Below, piece after piece: positions 60,050 to 64,000 of a stretch of DNA of 64,000 bases; within the stretch, counting starts at the first letter, position 1; each line of letters begins with the position of its first letter. The notes beneath the pieces are model-generated. The model did no database searches. It was not told where the DNA came from and worked only from the letters and a program-made list of their open reading frames with translations. The stretch is from the NCBI GenBank assembly GCA_965218095.1, contig OZ244587.1, positions 5,600,001 through 5,664,000 on the forward strand, given 5' to 3'. A program made the translations under genes and the position numbers. This stretch comes from Candidatus Poribacteria bacterium (lineage in GTDB: Bacteria > Poribacteria > WGA-4E > PCPOR2b).

Positions 60050-60559
60050 ACCAAAAACGTCTATCAGGACCTCATATCGCCATTGAGAAAAGTTTCACCC
60101 GTGCCATGCGGACACGCGATTCTTCTCCCCTTCAGTACTGCAATCGATGCGTTCCTCTGCTGTGATTCGACGCCTATACTATATCTGCATTTGCCACAAA
60201 GTACAAGAAAAAAACTGAATGGATTGTTGGCACGATAAATAAACCTATGCCGCCTATTTTGAAGGAGTAAGGGAGCGGAGATGCAAGATAGCACGGATCA
60301 TCAGAATGAACGGATTTGTCTCAGGAGAATCCGTAAATTCTGTTAATCTGTGCTATAACGGAGTTGAAGGAGAGGAAGGAGCAGAAGGATAGAAGTCCAT
60401 TTTCTTCCTTTCATTCTGCCGATTGATGTTGACGCAGCTTCTACTTTCTGCTAGAATAATCTGTCACCTGGGGAGGCTAGATACGAGGCAGCAGTTGGAT
60501 CGACTAAAGAAGGAAGTTGGAGATAAGAAGTAAACGTACGCCTCAAGTCGACATCAACA

Positions 60560-61194
60560 GATTGGAGGTTTCCTCCGAACACTTCTGTGGATTTACACTG
60601 ACATCAATCAAATCGGTTTAATCTTCGACGTACCGTTTTTTAATGCGCCTTCCGTTTGTGCCAAGTGGACGGGAGCCAGATCTGCTGTACATCGCAACCG
60701 AGCATCTTTCTCGGTTGGAAGATACCTATCTGGATGGTCCGGCGGACGTTGTGGTAGAAGTTGTTTCAACAGAAAGCATAGACTGAGACTACAACGGAAA
60801 GTTCAGCGAATACGTTCTTGGCGGCGTCCCTGAATACTGGCTGATAGATTTGTTGAAAGAGGAAGCAGTGTTCTATCATCTGTCAGACAAGGACAGGTAT
60901 GAACCCCTGCCTTTGGAAGATGGGATTATCTTCCGCTCTCAAGAGATCCCTGGATTTTGGCCTCGAGTCGATTGGCTTTGGCAGACGCCGTTACCGAATA
61001 CGTTTGACGCATTACAGGAATTGATGCCCGAGTTGCAAACGGAAGCCCTTCGTCAGGCAGAGATGAAAATCCGGGATGAAGCTAATGCCCGGCGACGGGA
61101 AGCCAATGCTCAACGTCAGGCGGAGGCGGAATTGGATCGGCTTCGAGTGGAGTTTGAAGCTTTACGCGGCCGCTCGGAGGAAGAAGAGCATTAA
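60560..61194 (+). pseudogene. Uma2 endonuclease pseudogene with coiled-coil tail
   Basis: REPDLLYI, GPAD.VVEVVS.ES, Y..GGVPEYWLID and S..IPGFW motifs; in-frame TGA near 60784 and a broken 5' part. Confidence 0.8.
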
Positions 61195-61350
61195 TGTGTT
61201 GAGCCTTTCAGATGATGCGCCGGATTGCATCGGGAGAAATAACGCGGACTGCGAGCTCGTAATCTTTTGGTCATCTCATCGAAAACCTTTGATTTCAATA
61301 CGCTTCGCTACTCAATCAACGAGGTTTTCGGATAATAGGGAGGATTTTTA

Positions 61351-62217
61351 ATGCTGAAATCTATCAGTGAAGATGTACTCAAAGCTGCCCAGACAATTCC
61401 ATATCCGTCAGATCTTTATCGCTTCGATGCAGTTACCGAAGGGATTTGGGGTGGCTTTGGAGCCATAACGGACGCGCATGTGCTATTTTTCCATGACCAC
61501 GGTTATCTGGTGGTTCACGATGCGTTCAGTCAAGCGGAAGTGCAAGAGATGTTGGAAGGGCTGCTGGACCTAATGGACGGGAAGCATCCGGATTACCGAG
61601 GTATCCAATTTGAACCGAAGCTAGTTAAACAGAAGTCGAAGCTTTCCTCGCAGGGGAGGCGCGATATCATCCGCAAAATCTTCCGTTTCGTGGAGTATGA
61701 ACCGCGTTTGAAGGCGATATCCGAGCATTCGGGGCTGATCGCCGTGGTTCAACGCCTCATTGGGGAAACACCCACCCTATTCCAGGACATGGGGTTGATT
61801 AAACCGCCGATGATCGGATCAGAGAAGCCGTGGCACCAGGACTGTGCCTACTTCAATTTACCGCTGGGGACGCCGGTCGTCGCGGCCTGGATTGCGTTGG
61901 ATGAAGCGACCCCTGAAAATGGCTGCATGCACATCATCCCTGGCTCCCATAAAGAAGGTCCGATGGTTCATTTCAAACGGCGAGATTGGCAGATCTGCGA
62001 CACCCATGTGCCTGTGCATCGAGATGTGATGGCGCCGCTCAAGCCGGGCGGCTGTCTTTTCTGGCATGGACTGTTGCATCATGGTACGCCCGCGAACCGA
62101 TCGAATCTGCGTCGTCGTGCGCTTCAATTCCATTATAGCCCCGCCGGCAGTGAGAGTACCACGACCAAAGAACGGATGGAGATTTTCGGGAGTGAGGGAA
62201 AAGACATCGATTGCTAA
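61351..62217 (+). CDS. Phytanoyl-CoA dioxygenase (PhyH)-family protein
   Basis: KPP..G..KPWHQD, WIALD.AT.ENGCM..IPGSH and H.T.AN.S..RRA motifs. Confidence 0.93.
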   Translation: MLKSISEDVLKAAQTIPYPSDLYRFDAVTEGIWGGFGAITDAHVLFFHDHGYLVVHDAFSQAEVQEMLEGLLDLMDGKHPDYRGIQFEPKLVKQKSKLSSQGRRDIIRKIFRFVEYEPRLKAISEHSGLIAVVQRLIGETPTLFQDMGLIKPPMIGSEKPWHQDCAYFNLPLGTPVVAAWIALDEATPENGCMHIIPGSHKEGPMVHFKRRDWQICDTHVPVHRDVMAPLKPGGCLFWHGLLHHGTPANRSNLRRRALQFHYSPAGSESTTTKERMEIFGSEGKDIDC

Positions 62218-62411
62218 ATGTATAAAATGTATAAGTGGTTAAGGTGTTCTGCCACTATCGCTTGAGGGCAGAGAGTTTTGACAGGAACGATTGCTTCAAC
62301 CCCGATCTTCAATCGGCGACAGCTTGTTCACGTATTTTTGCCAGCATGTGCTCAGGTCAATTGCGCAAGTTCAAACCGTATATTATTTGAGTATTATAGC
62401 GGAGGTGAGTC

Positions 62412-63317
62412 ATGGAAATTCCGAAGGAGAATGGATTCACGGCGGTGGAGTACCAACGTCGGCTCGCCGCGGTGCGTGCTCAGATGGCTGACCGCGAAAT
62501 CGATCGCTGGTCGTCCTCAGTGCTGACAACACATACTACCTCACGGGTTATAATAGCGTTAACTCGTGAGACTTTCAGTGCTGTATTGTCGCGCAGAGCG
62601 GCGAGCCGGTGCTGTACACGGCGAACGACGATCCGGTGCGGAAGATCGTCGAATTGCTAGACGACCTCCGCCTGCGTGACAAACGCCTGGGGCTTGAAGA
62701 AAATAGCCCGAACCTGGGGGTGCACAATCACCAACGTTTGCAGCGAGCGTTAGCTGGTATCCAATGGACGGACGCTTCGGGTTTGGCAAACAAAGTCCGG
62801 CTAGTCAAGTCCCAGGAGGAGATTACCTGTATGCGTGAAGCGGCACGGTCGCGCACATTCCCATCCAGCGCGACGATTCGGTCTTTATCGAACTGGGGCT
62901 TGTGTGCGACGCTACACCGCACCATTAATGCGCACGACTGTTGTTGGGCCCATGCCTTCTGAACGTCAGGAGATCATGGAAGCCGCACAACTGGCAGTAC
63001 AGACCATCGTTGAGACTGCCCGAGCCGGTGTGCGGGCTTCAGACGTTGCAACGGCTGCATACAACAAGGCTATCAAGCAGATCGGGGATCGCATCCAGTT
63101 CCACCACAATTTCGGCTATTCGGTTGGCATTGGCTTTCCGCCGGATTGGTTGGAACCCATCCACTTTTTCATCCAACGAGACAACCACACCCCCTTGCAA
63201 GCCGGCATAACCTTCCATCTTCCCCTCACCCTGTGCGTCCTCGGCGTCTACGGCGTCGGTACCAGCGAGACCATCTTGATCACTGAGGAAGGGTGTGATG
63301 TCCTGACACAGGACTGA
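62412..63317 (+). pseudogene. M24 (Xaa-Pro peptidase/creatinase-like) protein with several frameshifts or deletions
   Basis: F...EYQRRL..VR..M, R.VKS.EEI..MR.AA, GYSVGIGFPP.W and G.SETILITE.GC in different frames. Confidence 0.8.
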
Positions 63318-63701
63318 ACAGCATCACAAAAAAAACAGTGACGGCAAAAGGATGATACACGGTACTTTTTCTCAAATATCGCCGCCTGAATTGATTGCGC
63401 AGCGACTGGATTGGTAAACCTCCCGACTCTGTGTTTAACTGTCTCGAACGGGGTTTGTATCATCCTTTTGCTGCGACTGAAAAAAGATCTGTGCGCTGTG
63501 CACAGGACTCGGTGAATCTCCCGCCTAATTTTTAGACTGTGGATAGTGGCGATAGCCTTCCTACAACGAGGCAGATGATAAGGTTGCTATTGCTCTAAAG
63601 CATAAATATTCGGGCAATTGCCAAGACTCAGACCCTAATCTTCAATTGGGGTCTACCTTGACTGTCCAAATACTTCTGCATCGAACCACTATCCACGTTT
63701 T

Positions 63702-64000
63702 CTATCTCGCCTGAACACCCGGCCATTGATCATCACTCGCCGTCACGTCCACCACAATCCCATCAGGGTCTTCCACCTTGAACGATTCATCTGGGGGTAA
63801 ATTCGAATTGTAGGCTTTCCCACCCACCCCATCCGATATAATCTCGAACCCATTCGCCTCACACCGTCTCGCGGCTTCCTGCAGGTCCGGGACGCGCACG
63901 CCGATGTGGAGGTAGTCCAACATTCCGCCCACATGCGCTGGACGCTCCGGTCCGTTGTGCTGGAAGACCCGGAAGTTGTGGTAGCCGTCGGTGAGATCGT
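63702..64000 (-). CDS. VOC/glyoxalase-family protein, 5' end outside the window
   Basis: HIG.RV.DL..A and K..DPDG.VVDV motifs; frame is open to the window edge. Confidence 0.8.
   Translation of the reverse strand, partial: DLTDGYHNFRVFQHNGPERPAHVGGMLDYLHIGVRVPDLQEAARRCEANGFEIISDGVGGKAYNSNLPPDESFKVEDPDGIVVDVTASDDQWPGVQAR

Overview
Bacterial DNA. The gene repertoire (internalin-like LRR protein, three C-type-lectin-domain secreted proteins, an ECF sigma factor fused to extracytoplasmic domains, several PhyH-type dioxygenases, Uma2, sulfatase and dockerin-like fragments) suggests Candidatus Poribacteria or a similar sponge symbiont; this is inference. The core is an ~18 kb iron/heme island (29.6-47.8 kb): porin, imelysin and di-heme oxidoreductase; bacterioferritin; Rieske ferredoxin plus IsdG-like monooxygenase; TonB receptor, HemX/CcsA-like protein, small Cys/His protein, HmuY and HmuTUV, with palindromic Fur-like operators. 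The island is interrupted by a type II R-M pair, by integron-like cassettes with degenerate or collapsed attC sites and no integrase, and by an orphan gene. The most unusual structural signal recurs at least six times: a 50-200 bp diverged copy of one END of a resident gene lies on the far side of inserted DNA (hmuT, hmuV twice, hmuU, DHOR, Uma2, DUF429), which suggests repeated homology-anchored allele replacement that brings in cargo. The rest of the window holds two more TonB receptors, a BCCT transporter with a porin, decayed IS982/IS3/IS200/IS4 elements, several MITE and REP-like families, candidate structured RNAs and many gene fragments. No CRISPR array, tRNA, rRNA or reverse transcriptase was seen. 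All family assignments are by motif recognition, not database search.
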